Source of the DNA: Octopus sinensis
Lineage: Eukaryota
Assembly (NCBI RefSeq): GCF_006345805.1
Contig: NC_043006.1
Location: 42,408,001 to 42,472,000 of the forward strand
Length of the DNA stretch: 64,000 nucleotides
Direction of reading: 5' to 3'
Each line of letters starts with the position of its first letter. Position 1 is the stretch's first letter. This document shows, one piece after another, positions 1-12,198 of the stretch. The notes under the pieces were generated by a model, which did no database searches, was not told the DNA's origin, and saw only the letters and a list, made by a program, of their open reading frames with translations. The position numbers and the translations under genes were made by a program.

Positions 1-59
1 TTGGGCCAACCAAAGCCTTGTGAGTGGATTTGGTAGACAGAAACTGAAAGAAGCCCATC

Positions 60-102
<43 letters not shown>

Positions 103-314
103 TGTGTGTGTGTGTGTTTGTCCCCGCCACCATTACTTGACAAGCAATGTTGGTGTGCTTACATCCCCGTAACTTAGCGGCTTGGCACAAGAGACCAATA
201 GGATAAGTACTTGGCTTACAAAGAATAAGTCCTGGGGTCGATTTGTTCGACTAAAGGCGGTACTCCAGCATGGCCACAGTCACATGACTGAAACAAATAC
301 AAGAATAGCAAGAA
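1..314 (+). mobile_element. SINE-A copy (tRNA-derived, internal (TA)n(TG)n), 5' end cut by window
   Basis: Matches the ~400 bp family repeated about 20 times here; ends ggcggtactccagcatggccacagtcacatgactgaaac. Confidence 0.9.
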
Positions 315-384
315 TGCCTGCATTTGTCAGGGATGTTCTATTAAAGCTGATCTCCAGCTAAACACCACCAAGTCTACATAAGTG

Positions 385-556
385 CAGGCATGGCTGTGTG
401 CTTAAGCAGCTCACTTTGTAACCATGTGGTTTCAAGTTCAGTCCCACTGCATGCCACCTAAGGCAAGCATCTTCTACTAGAGTTCTAAAGCAAGCAATGC
501 TTGGGAGAGAATTTTTCTAAATGGAAACTATAAAAGCCTGCTGTGTGTGTGTGTGC
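385..556 (+). mobile_element. Diverged SINE-A 5' half
   Basis: A-box tggctgtgtg, B-box agttcagtccc, similar to other copies. Confidence 0.7.
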
Positions 557-670
557 TTACAGAGGCATAAACAAACCAGCCAACCCCTACAGTGCTTGAC
601 GACCAGTAATGGTTTGTTTATGTTCCCACAACTTAGTTTGGCAAAAGATATTTTTAGAATACTCTCTCTC

Positions 671-1070
671 ACTCTTTACTCTTTAACTTGCTTCAGTCAT
701 TTGACTACAGCTATGCTGGAGCACTGCCTTTAGTCGAGCAAATCGACCCCGGGACTTATTCTTTGTAGGCCTAGTACTTATTCTATCGGTCTCTTTTGCC
801 AAACCACTAAGTGACAGGGACATAAACACACCAGCATTGGTTGTCAAGCAATGCTAGGGGGACAAACAGACACAAACATACACACACATATATATATACA
901 TATATACAACAGGCTTCTTTCAGTTTCCTTCTACCAAATCCACTCACAAGGCTTTGGTTGGCCCAAGGCTATAGCAGAAGACACTTGCCCAAGATGCCAG
1001 GCAGTGGGACTGAACACGGAACCATGTGGTTGGTAAGCAAGCTACTTACCACACAACCACTCCTGCACCT
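671..1070 (-). mobile_element. Full-length SINE-A
   Basis: Head aggtgcaggagtggttgtgtggtaagtagc to (gagtaaa)n tail on minus strand. Confidence 0.92.
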
Positions 1071-1339
1071 ATGTAAGTATCAAACACACAAAAAACAAAA
1101 AAGAAGCACAAGTACTGGGGTTAGTTTATTCAACCAAGTCAGTGCCCCTATATGGCTGCTGTCCAATGACTGAAACAAGTGAAAGATAAAAACATACTAT
1201 TGTCTCTGTCATGTCCAACTTACTAGCAAACAAAAATTAAAAAATTAAGTCACACAAACAAACGAATGACAATTCTTGAATACTTTAAATGTTTCTGAAA
1301 GGTTAAAAAGTAATAACTGAAAACCAAGAAGAAATTTAA

Positions 1340-2003
1340 CTCTTTAGCATTCAGATTTCTCTATCAAATGTAATAGTTATTTATTCACGCTGTTTTGAAT
1401 TAAACACACATTGCCTTGTAGCTTTGAGATTTGAATAGTGTGCTAGTGCATTTTTAGAATGATATTGTAGGGTAGGTGTGAGAGGTGGGATTTGGTCAGT
1501 TTTAACATAAAACGGGTTGAATATTTGAGCCAGATAGGTGGCGAAGTGACAGAAACGTTAGCATGCCAGGCGAACTGCTTAATGGTATTTTGTCTGTTTG
1601 AAGGCGGCGAGCTGGCAGAAACGTTAGCGCGCCGGCCAAAATGCTTAGCAGTATTTCGTCTGTCGCTACGTTCTGAGTTCAAATTCCGCCGAGGCCGACT
1701 TTGCCTTTCATCCTTTCGGGGTCGATATAATCAACTTAATCCGTTTGTCCTCTCTGTGTTTAGCCCCTTGTGGGTAGTAAAGAAATAGGTATTTTGTCTG
1801 TCTTACGCTCTGAGTTCAAATTCTACCAAGGTTGACTTTGCCTTTCATCCTTCTGAAGTTGATAAATTAAGCACCAGTTGCATACTGGGGTCGATTTAAT
1901 CGACGCCCCCCCCCCTCCCCGGCCTCCCCAAAAATTTTGGGCCTTGTGCCTAGAGTAGAAAAGAATATTTGACCCAGATATGGCTGGATTAAATGCTAAA
2001 GTG
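1340..2003. mobile_element. piggyBac-type MITE split by nested SINE-B insertions
   Basis: TTAA at 1336-1339 and 2004-2007; TIRs ctctttagcatt / aatgctaaagtg. Confidence 0.75.
1537..1962 (+). mobile_element. SINE-B (tRNA-derived) containing a younger SINE-B' at 1598-1787
   Basis: Outer TSD gaatatttga(g/c)ccagata at 1519-1536 and 1963-1980; inner duplication ggtattttgtctgt at 1584-1597 and 1788-1801. Confidence 0.85.
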
Positions 2004-3527
2004 TTAATTAAGGATACATCGAAATTTATTATTTCTTCTTCAGTTTGATGTGCTTGCTACAATGCTTAATGATGGAGGCAGGGTTAGGAGCTCTGTTTAG
2101 CCCCACAAACTGACATTGTCGACTGAACATTGGTTCTGAACCCACTAAGCATGGCTCAAGAAGATGAACTGTCTAAAACTGCAACATCTATTTGCACTTG
2201 GATAAGTTAAGCTGACCAAGAAACTTCAATGTGGTTGCTTGACCTGTAAGAAATAAGAGCCAAATCTCACAGAAGTCATACCTTATTGCCTTATAAAAGG
2301 TGGGTGGAATACACTTTATTATGTTATCATCATATACTGAGCGACAAAGAAAAAAATAACAGGATGGTCACGAAATGGTGATCCTGCTTATTAGTAGCGA
2401 GTTCATTCAGCTGTGGATTTTTGTGGGCATTGTTTCTATTGTAACAGGTTGTTTTTCTTTAAAAGGTTGATTGATAACTGCAAAAACATCTTGTTACATA
2501 ATATAAATCCTGTGTCCTACGACAAGAAATTATGCCAGACATTAAAGAGGAGGCGGTGATAGAGCACACAGAAGTTGAGAACAATTACCTGAGTTACTTT
2601 ACATAACTTTGTAGTGAAAAAACAAAATGTGAAATCAAATTTAGTTTGTGGTGCGTAACTTCCTACCTATCTACCTTCCAAGCAGCTGGTGTAACTGCTT
2701 ACGGGGCTAAAATAAGGTCATTTACGTGAAAAAAAAAAAAGGAATTCACTAGAGAAATCATTTTTTTTTTTTCTTTCTATGTCATACAATAAACAGAGGA
2801 AAATCATGCAGAAATAATTATTGAAAGTGTTTACATATGAATTTTTTTAATGAAGGAGTTAAGTATGGCAATAACGTTAGAACAACCTAATTTAAAAGGG
2901 AAAAAATGTTATTAGCGTAGATTTAAATAACCTAAGTTAAGTCTTACAGGCTCTTGAGAAACTGATTTTCCAAAGTAGGTCGAACACTCTCTAACAAAAA
3001 ATGTATGGTTAGTGTTAGTAACGACCAAGATTGTTGTCATACTAGAATATCAAGTAGTATTAGTCCTTGTACAAACAGGTAATATAATTCACTCCAATCA
3101 ATCAACTAACTATATTCACTATCTTTCACACATTAAATAATTTTTTTTAAAAAGCAAAAAAAACGAAAGGGTCGGTTCTGGATCGTATAAAAAAATCATT
3201 ATCTGATTCAACTTGTAAAACTTAGAAAATCTTCATAATCATAAGAATCAACAGAGACACTGAATGGGAGTGTGCACAGGAAACTTGGTCAAACTCGAAG
3301 ATGAGGTTACACCTGTCATTAAAAGCATTGTCAAGTTACAAGCCAGGATTAAAACGGATATAGAGGGATACTAGTTTCTTCTCAAAGCTAACCTAACAAA
3401 CAACCACCCTAGCACACACGAATGAACTTGTACCTGTCACAAAGTGATAATAGAACTAGTGACCTCTCCACGCCATCAAAATGTAATTTTATCAAGTCAG
3501 AGAATGCCACGAGTAAATACAAGCTAG

Positions 3528-3566
<39 letters not shown>

Positions 3567-5544
3567 GTACTGCTCTTAAGACGTTATATTTTTAAGTAAC
3601 AAAGCAAAAGACACACCCACATTTTTTTCTGTTAACGAAAACTATACGAAACACGAACTTCAAATAAATTATTTGAGCTTCTCTGACAAAGAATAAAGCT
3701 AATTTTTTTTATTAAAAAGAGGGTGGACAAATAAAGTGAAATAGCTACAGCGAGGAGTCAAAACCAAATTGTGGTCTCGACTAGCCGAAAATTAGATTTA
3801 TTAATAATTTTATTTTCTCTTAAGATCGACGCTAATGGTAGTTACGTTGCTTAGATATGAGTTATTACCAGGATGTGATGTTAATTCCTTTTGTTTTATT
3901 TCAGGAACAACAAAAGAGAAATGGCTACAACAGGTAATGGAAATAGGATTGCTTCCAATGTAACTCCACCCGCGATCACTAATAATAGTAATGTTTTCTT
4001 TCTTATATCTGACACATCTACAAATTTATCGACCGCGTACAAGACTTATTTTATCGACCCCTTGAAAGTCTGGCACGTAAAGTCGACCCGAAGCTTAAAA
4101 TAATATCAGGCATTCAACCAACCACCCAATAAAAAATATCATAGTAAATTATTTTCATTTTTTTTTCTTTTTCTTTGGCAACAAGGGAAGGAAAACCTAG
4201 ATGAGAAATGCACTTGTTCATCTCTCCCACCCTAACCCCATCAATGGGGCAAAAGACGAACAAGCACCGGAAGAATATGGTGAATTCGTAAATAAATAAT
4301 TTAAAGACAAGGCGAGTTAAATTTTAGTAATCACTGCTTGGAGAGAAATATAATGGGGGAAGAAGTTAATTGAGAAGGGTTTTCGTCCCTTTCTCGGTAT
4401 TTCTGGCGGTGTCTTTTGTAATATATCATGCTTACGGTATACAAGGAGATGATAATAATAATAATTATACAGTTGTGCTTACACTGTATGTCAGCAGACA
4501 GAGAGGTTAGTGTTTGTATGCGCATTTCATATATATACATATATATACTGTATATGCATACATTGAAAGGTTAACTAGATACGCGATGAATAAGATAGAG
4601 AAGAAATAACAGTGATGGTCAAAGATGACAAGGGTTACGGACATTCTTATGCAATAAATAAAATACGAATAAAACGTTCCCTAAACAGAGAGCTAGTACA
4701 TTGAATGAGCAACACACATATCTAAGTAAAAGGGCCTTGCCCACCCCGCTGCCACAATCCGTCAGCAAGTCTGCAGAGTATAGCGGTGTGAACACAACAA
4801 ATATACCATTGACTTGACAACAAATATCTGCTTTAATACACTTCATATATATACATGTATTATTCATATACACAAACACAGATAATCCGAGCTCTATGAC
4901 TACCATCGACACGTTGCAATAATCAAAGCCTGTCTATACTTCATGTCTTTTATGCAAGAACGTAAATGCACACAACATTATCGTAGTCGTAGAATGGAGC
5001 TTTGGTGCTTTCTGGTCGAGATAGTGGGCAGTATTCTACAAGAGTCACTATTTCAGAAGCAATGTTAAAATGCCCGTTCCATATCAATATAATAAAATGG
5101 CACAAAATATCGCATCTTAACCCTCAACCTCATTTAAACTGTACACTGAACTTTTTTTCCTGATATGAAAGATAACAAACGATTTTTTGTTTCTCACAAA
5201 ACAGGATAAATATGAGTTTTGTGACGTTTTTTAACGATTTATAACAAAATAAATAGTAAAACATGAATTAATAGAAGAAAAAATGTTAAACAGAATCAGA
5301 AAAATTCCTGTAAATACGAAAACGTTGCTATGTGACATAACCCATGATCTAGATGTTATTTTTTGTGTGTCAAAGTTGTACTTACAATATGATTGTGTTC
5401 ATCACATCCAGTGTGATGAAAGATAGAAAAAAGGATCAAGAAATAATAAGGAAGCTTTAAAGCCATCTATGTCTCTTTCTCTACTTCCGATGACTAAATG
5501 CAAAGTTATATTAACGTGGATTGCATGGGAAACTGTTCTGGGTA

Positions 5545-5570
5545 AATTACCAATATGGCGGCGGCATCCA
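5545..5570. promoter_or_regulatory. YY1-like / start-codon-like motif aatatggcggcggc in a CpG-retaining non-repeat region (possible promoter)
   Basis: Motif plus local CpG retention only; no downstream coding exon confirmed. Confidence 0.2.
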
Positions 5571-5881
5571 TCGGCCACGTCAACGACAACAACTTTATTA
5601 AGGGAGATCACTCTGCACAACAAATCTCCACAATAGTAGTTTGCTGTTTCCTACTTCCCGTTCATTCATTTTACTCAACACGGAAACCGTTTTAATAGTT
5701 CGACGGTATAGTAATATTTTACTGAAAAGAAAAGCAAAAAAATCAGACACCATGAAGTATTTTGCTATATCACATTTAGATTATTATTTTCCTAAAGGGT
5801 TTTACATTAAGAGTTCGATAGTTCTGCAAATTCGAACATTCGCCTGGATACTAGCAGCCAGGTTTTATTATTTCAAGTGAA

Positions 5882-6045
5882 AAGGCGGCGGCGAACTGAA
5901 AAAAATCGTTAGCTCGCCGGACAAAATGCTTAGCGGTATTTCGTCCATCTTTATGTTCTGGGCTCAAATTCCGCTGAGCGAGGTCGATGTGATCGCCTAA
6001 CTCTCCGGACCAAAATTTCACGACTTGTGCCTATAGCAGAAACTA
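5882..6045 (+). mobile_element. Internally deleted SINE-B
   Basis: ggcggcgaactg...aaattccgctgagcgaggtcgat...cttgtgcctatagcagaaa. Confidence 0.75.
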
Positions 6046-6925
6046 TTTTTTCAAATGAAGAGTAATGTTTTACTCAAAAGAGAATCAAACACCAAAAAGT
6101 ATTTTTTGTTATATCGGATTTAGAATTTAATTTTCTTAACGTTTTACGTATATGGCTTCCACAGTTCTGCAAATTAGAACATTTGCCTGAATATTTTACT
6201 AAAAAGAGAATTAGACACCTATTTCTGTCCTTCAATACTACTCCACTCAGTTGAAAAAAACTTGTCTTGCAAGTTATCCGGTGACCTCACAGCTACAAAT
6301 GTCACGTTAAAAGCACCCAGTGTTCTCAATAAAGCGCATGGCATTAGAAACCATCCGGACAGTAGACCTTATTGCATTCTTCTGACTTGCCAATGCCTGG
6401 TAAATCGAGAGTGTTGTAGTTCACTTGAAGCATTATGTATTGTTCGTAAAGAATAAAATGTTTCGAATGGTACAACAGTGCACCATAATACAGAAAATGG
6501 ACTATATACCTGTTGTAATTTAACCATCCATAGTCTGATAATATTTCGGAATAAAATTCCTTCCTCAGATATCCCTAGGAATTGATGGGGTCGCTGCTAT
6601 AATAGGTTTTCTAGCGGCTTTTCTCTATTTTTTCTGGAGCCCATTTTTTGAATTATAGTGCATTGTGGTACAATTCGAAACATTTTATCCTGGTAAATAA
6701 TTTAACCCATGCCAGATTGGAAAATGGGCTTTAAGGAATGCATATCGTGGTGATGATGATGATGATTAATGTTGTGGGTTCAACAGTTCTGCAAAGTCAA
6801 ACATTTGCCTGAATACTCTCAGAGCCAGGTCTTATCATTTCAACTAGAAAATAATGTTTTATTCAAAAAAGAATTATTCACAGACAGTATTTGTTATATT
6901 AGATTCAGAATTTAATTTTCACTCA

Positions 6926-8284
6926 GGTGCTATAAACACAGAAAATGTGCAGAGAACAGCCTCTGTCACATTCCAGGGAGAAAAACTACAAGTAGTTGAT
7001 AGCTTCCATTACCTAAGGGACCAAGGCAATAGCAGGGGTGGATGCTCTGATAGTGTAGCTGCTAGAATAAGAATAGCCTGGGCAAAGTTCAGAGAGTTCT
7101 TACATCTGCTGATGACAAAGGGCCTCTCGCTCAGAGTAAAAGGTAGACTGTATGACGCATGTGTGCGAACTGCCATGTTACATGGCAGTGAAACTTGGGC
7201 CGTGACTGCTGAGGACATGCGTAAGCTTGCAAGGAATGAAACCAGTATGCTCCAATGGATGTGTATTGTCAGTGTGCATACACAACAGAGTGTAAGCACC
7301 CTGAGAGAAAAGTAGGATTTAAGAAGCATCAGATGTGTACAAGAGAGACGATTGCACTGGTATGGTCATGTGTTGCGAATGAATGAGGACAGCTGTGTGA
7401 AAAGTGTCACACCCTAGCAGTTAAGGGAACCTGTGGAAGAGGTAGACCCAAGAAAGCCTGGGATGAAGTGGTGAAGCATGACCTTCAAACATTGGGCCTT
7501 ACCGAGGCAATGAGTAGTGACCGGGACCTTTGGAGATATGCTGTGCTTGAGAAGACCCATCAAGCCAAGTAAGACCATAGTCCATGCCCTATGCCAGTGG
7601 GTGTAACTAGCCCATTTATGAACACCCCTCATTCATTGGACAATAAATCTTGCTTGTGAAGACCTACTGAGGCAAGTGAATTCAAAATCAAAATTGCAGA
7701 CGTGGCCAACGACAGTACCACCTGATTGGCACTTGTACATGTGGAATGTTAAAAGCATATCCGAATGTTGGGTGTAACCGAGCTGCTTATGAGTACCCTT
7801 CATTCATTGGACAATGAACTTTGCTTGTGAGGCAAGTCAAAATCACTGATGAGGCCGATGACAGTACCGCCTGATTAGCACTCATGCCAGCGGAACGTTA
7901 AAAGCACATCCGAGCAAGATCATCGCCAGGGCCATGGATTGGCTCCCATGCCGGTGATACATGAAAAGCACCATTCAAGCATGATCATTGTCTTAACATC
8001 TGAGCTTGGTCATTGCCAGTGCCACCAGACTGGCTTCCGTGCAGGTAGCATGTAAAAACACCTTTTGAGCGAGAGCATGGTCATTGCCAGGACCACCTGA
8101 CCGGCCCTCGTGCAAGTGGTACATAAAAAGCAACCACTACACTCTCGGAGTGGTTGGCGTTAGGAAGGGCATCCAGCTGTAGAAACTTTGCCAGACCAGA
8201 TTGAGCCTGGTGAAGCTTCTGACTCACCAGTCCTCAGTCAAACCGTCCAACCCATGCCAGCATGGAAAGCAGACATTAAACGAC

Positions 8285-8318
<34 letters not shown>

Positions 8319-8346
8319 TCGGTGGTGGTGGTGGTGGTGATGATGA
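6926..8346 (+). mobile_element. 5'-truncated RTE-clade LINE (ORF C-terminus, minisatellite 3' UTR, (GAT)n tail)
   Basis: [12 protein letters not shown]...[17 protein letters not shown]...GTCGRGRPKKAWDEVVKHDL with stops; tail acattaaacgacgatgatgat. Confidence 0.92.
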
Positions 8347-8587
8347 TTTTACATTATGGATTCAATAGTTCTGCAAATCTAAACATTCACTTAAATACTA
8401 AGAGTCTTTTTTCATTCTTGTCTTATAATCTTATTACTGTTACATCCAAATATGACCCCATGCACAAAAAAGGGCAATATAGGAATGGGTGTGAACAAAT
8501 ATGCGTATTTTTAAGCAGTTGAGGCAAAAATATTCCAATAGAGACTCAACATTGTATCCTCTTAATGAGCAATTTATTCAATTTGTG

Positions 8588-8735
8588 AAACACTTCATCA
8601 TCATCGTTTGACATCCATTTTCCAAGCTGGCATGGGTTTGATGGTTTGACTGAGGACTGGCAAGCCAGGATGCCACATCAGGCCCTTCCTAACACCAACT
8701 ACTCTGAGAGTGTAGTGGGTGCTTTTTACATGCCA
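8588..8735 (-). mobile_element. 3' terminus of the same RTE family
   Basis: tcatcatcatcgtttgacatccattttccaagctggcatggg...cccttcctaacaccaac. Confidence 0.8.
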
Positions 8736-9077
8736 CATGGTTTGTAATTTTGAATTAGGTGAACTATGTAAATTAATGTAGTAAAAATTTAAAACCTAAC
8801 TGCTAGATCAGTGGTTCCCACCCTGTAGTCCGTGGACCCCTGACGGTCCGCAAAATTAATCCTGGAGGTCTGTGAACTAAATTCAAAATTCCATATGCCA
8901 CTACTGCAACAACCACAACAGGTCACTTGATCATTAAAGTAGATTCCATGGACAGCCTCTACTACTAGGTCATACCACTCCCGTCTTCTTTTTCTTCTTC
9001 ATTTACTTTTTCATCTATTTTTTTCTTCTTCTACTTCTTCTCTCCTCCTCCTTCTTTGCCTTCTTTCTTTGTTAATA

Positions 9078-9114
9078 TTGATGATGGTGATGGTGATGGT
9101 GATGATGGTGATGG

Positions 9115-9188
<74 letters not shown>

Positions 9189-9245
9189 GCAATAATAATG
9201 ATGATGGTGGTGGTGGTGGTAATGATGATGATGTGTGTGTGTGTA
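9078..9245. repeat. Mixed (GAT/GGT)n trinucleotide tract
   Basis: Direct reading. Confidence 0.95.
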
Positions 9246-9415
9246 TGTGCATGCATGTACATGTATGTTTGTGTGCGTTGAGTTTTCTCGTCATGACATT
9301 GCATGATAGTTGTAAACGCAAGAGTTAATACCATAGAAACAATATCATTTGTTTCAAATCTTCTGTAAAACATGTAAAAAAAAACCTGTCTAATCATTGG
9401 TAAACATTACATTAT

Positions 9416-9849
9416 GGCGCTCTGGTAAGAAATTTGCCTCCCAACCACAGAGTTTTGGGTTCAGTCTCACTGTGTGGCTCTTTAAGAAATGTCTTCTATC
9501 ATAGCCCAAGGTTGACCAGAGCCATGTGTGTGAATTTAATTAGATGGAAACTGAAGTATACCAATCACATATGTACACCTATATCTATCTCTGTCTGTCA
9601 GTATATCTATATCTATCTCTGTCTGTCTGTCTGTCAGAGTTTATCTATCTTTCTATCTATTTATCTATCTATCTATCTTTCTATCTTTCTATCTATTTAT
9701 ATCTCTATCTTTTTTTCTATTTATCTATTCATCTATCTGTCTCATTTCCTATATATATATATACATATGTGTGTGTGTGTATACACATACATACATAATA
9801 CATGCATGCATGCATGCATACATACATACATACATACATACATACATAC

Positions 9850-9893
<44 letters not shown>

Positions 9894-9900
9894 GTGTGTG
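9416..9900 (+). mobile_element. Diverged SINE-A head followed by (TCTA)n/(TACA)n microsatellites
   Basis: gggttcagtctcactgtgtggc...gatggaaactgaag. Confidence 0.7.
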
Positions 9901-11025
9901 TGTGATCATTCATGTAATTATTCTTAACACGTCTAGACAAGTTCAGATGCAAAGTATTCAAATAAGCATCCCTTTAAAGATGCTGAGAGTTAAAAACCGT
10001 ATACTTCAAAGCCAAGCAACATGAATCACCCTGGGATAAATGAGAAAAACAGATATTGATATTTTGTTCTTATTTCAGGAACATTCTCTGGACAAATTAC
10101 CGCAGCCTAAAAGCATTTAACAACACGTATATTTTGGCATGGTTTCTATGGTCGGATGCCCTTCCTAATGCCAACCACTTTACTGAGTGTACTGGGTGAT
10201 TTTTATGTGGCACAAACATAAGTGCTTTTTACATGGCCCCAGAACTCATGAGTCCATAAGATTAGGAGTGCTCAGCTGAGAGAAGGATGTATGTTACATT
10301 GATAAGGTTTATATTATGAGGTTGCTTCTAATTCAAAATTTGAATTTTGTTTTACTTGTGCAGTGCTTTTTCACATCAGCTGATAGATTTTACACTATCT
10401 GTATGTATATATCAGACCAGCAATTCAAATTAGTTTTGCAGGTGAATCAAGTATATGGCATTAATGAGCTGAAATAGCAGCAAAATATTGTTACCTGTCT
10501 TTCTAGTCTACCTCCAGGACAATTTGTTTCACCTGATTTTGAAATATACTGTATGTTTTAATACTGTATATCTTTAAAAAGACCTCTCTTTGACAAAATA
10601 CCACAGCTACAAGAATTTAACAACACACATACATTAAATATTTGACATATATATATATATATATAAGAAAAATATCTTAATATCCTAACAATTCTTCAAG
10701 CCAATCCCATGGAAGACTGGTATTCACCTCCATTTTGAGTGAAAGCACAGAAGTCTTGGGGAAAATTGATCCAAAATGGAGATGAACACCATTCCTCCAC
10801 CGTGATTTACTAAGACTTTTCCTGAGACTTTTTGCATTTTCATTCAAAATGGGGATGAACACCATTCCTCCATGTGATCAGCTTGAAAAATTATTAAGAT
10901 ATTAAGATATTTCTCTTAACACGAAACCAATAGTCACCTTAATACACAAATAAAGAAATTTTATCCACCAATGCAATGCTGAACACTCATTCTCACCATT
11001 CAACATTTACTTATACATACATATA

Positions 11026-11427
11026 CTCTTTACTCTTTACTCTTTTACTTGTTTCAGTCATTTGACTGCGGCCATGCTGGAGCACCGCCTTTAGTCGAGC
11101 AAATCAACCCCGGGACTTATTCTTTGTAAGCCCAGTACTTATTCTATTGGTCTCTTTTGCCGAACCGCTAAGTGACGTAAACACGCCAGCATCGGTTGTC
11201 AAGCAATGCTAGGGGGACAAACACAGACACACAAACACACACATACATATATATATATTTATATGATAGGCTTCTTTCAGTTTCCGTCTACCAAATCCAC
11301 TCACAAGGCTTTGGTCGGCCCGGAACTATAGCAGAAGACACTTGCCCAAGATGCCACGCAGTGGGACTGAACCTGGAACCATGTGGTTGGTAAGCAAGCT
11401 ACTTACCACACAGCCACTCCTGCGCCT
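11026..11427 (-). mobile_element. Full-length SINE-A
   Basis: Near-consensus copy. Confidence 0.93.
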
Positions 11428-12044
11428 ATATATATATTTTATATAATATATTATTATTAATATCAGGAAATCAATATTAGAAAATTCTTCAGAAAAATAT
11501 ATACGTGTGTAAAATAATTGTTGTATTAAAAATATAAATATATGTAAATATGTATCAGTATAAATATATTATAATGACATTTTAAAAGTTTCGAATTAAG
11601 TTTTTAGAGCATCTTACAATTGTTTCGCAGAAATTCTGTCCCTATAATGGAATCCTATATTGATAAGCATTTATAGACAACTCTTCTGCTCTTCAGAGAT
11701 ATAAAATGTGAAATTTGTATAATTTAAGAATGGTAGATTTTTTTTTTTTAATATGAAGTAATATAGGAAACTGGTATTTGTTTGAAATATAAATTAAAAT
11801 TTAAAATTACTGCTTTGGATTTTGGTAAGTACACTTTAGTATGAGAGTCTTTAAATCCATATATGCTTCCTTGGTTAGTCTTCTGTAATAATCCATAATA
11901 GTTATGTGTAAAATCCATTATATTCTCTTGTATTCGAAATATAGTTCATAGACTTAGATAATATAGAATAATGGAATCCTATATTGATAAGCATTTATAA
12001 ACAACTCTTCTTCTTTTCAGTGATATCAAATGGGAAATTTATAT

Positions 12045-12063
12045 ACATACATACATACATATA

Positions 12064-12139
<76 letters not shown>

Positions 12140-12142
12140 ATA

Positions 12143-12196
<54 letters not shown>
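12045..12196. repeat. (TA)n(TG)n microsatellite at the 5' junction of the CR1
   Basis: Direct reading. Confidence 0.95.

Positions 12197-12198
<2 letters not shown>

Noticed and set aside
841-1173. Recurrent ORFs of the MSSNARGTN.../MLGGQT... type
   Set aside because: Chance frames in SINE-A that recur with each copy.
3263-3373. 36-aa sORF MGVCTGNLVKLEDEVTPVIKSIVKLQARIK..., with myristoylation- and IQ-like features
   Set aside because: Too short, no splice donor, no independent support.
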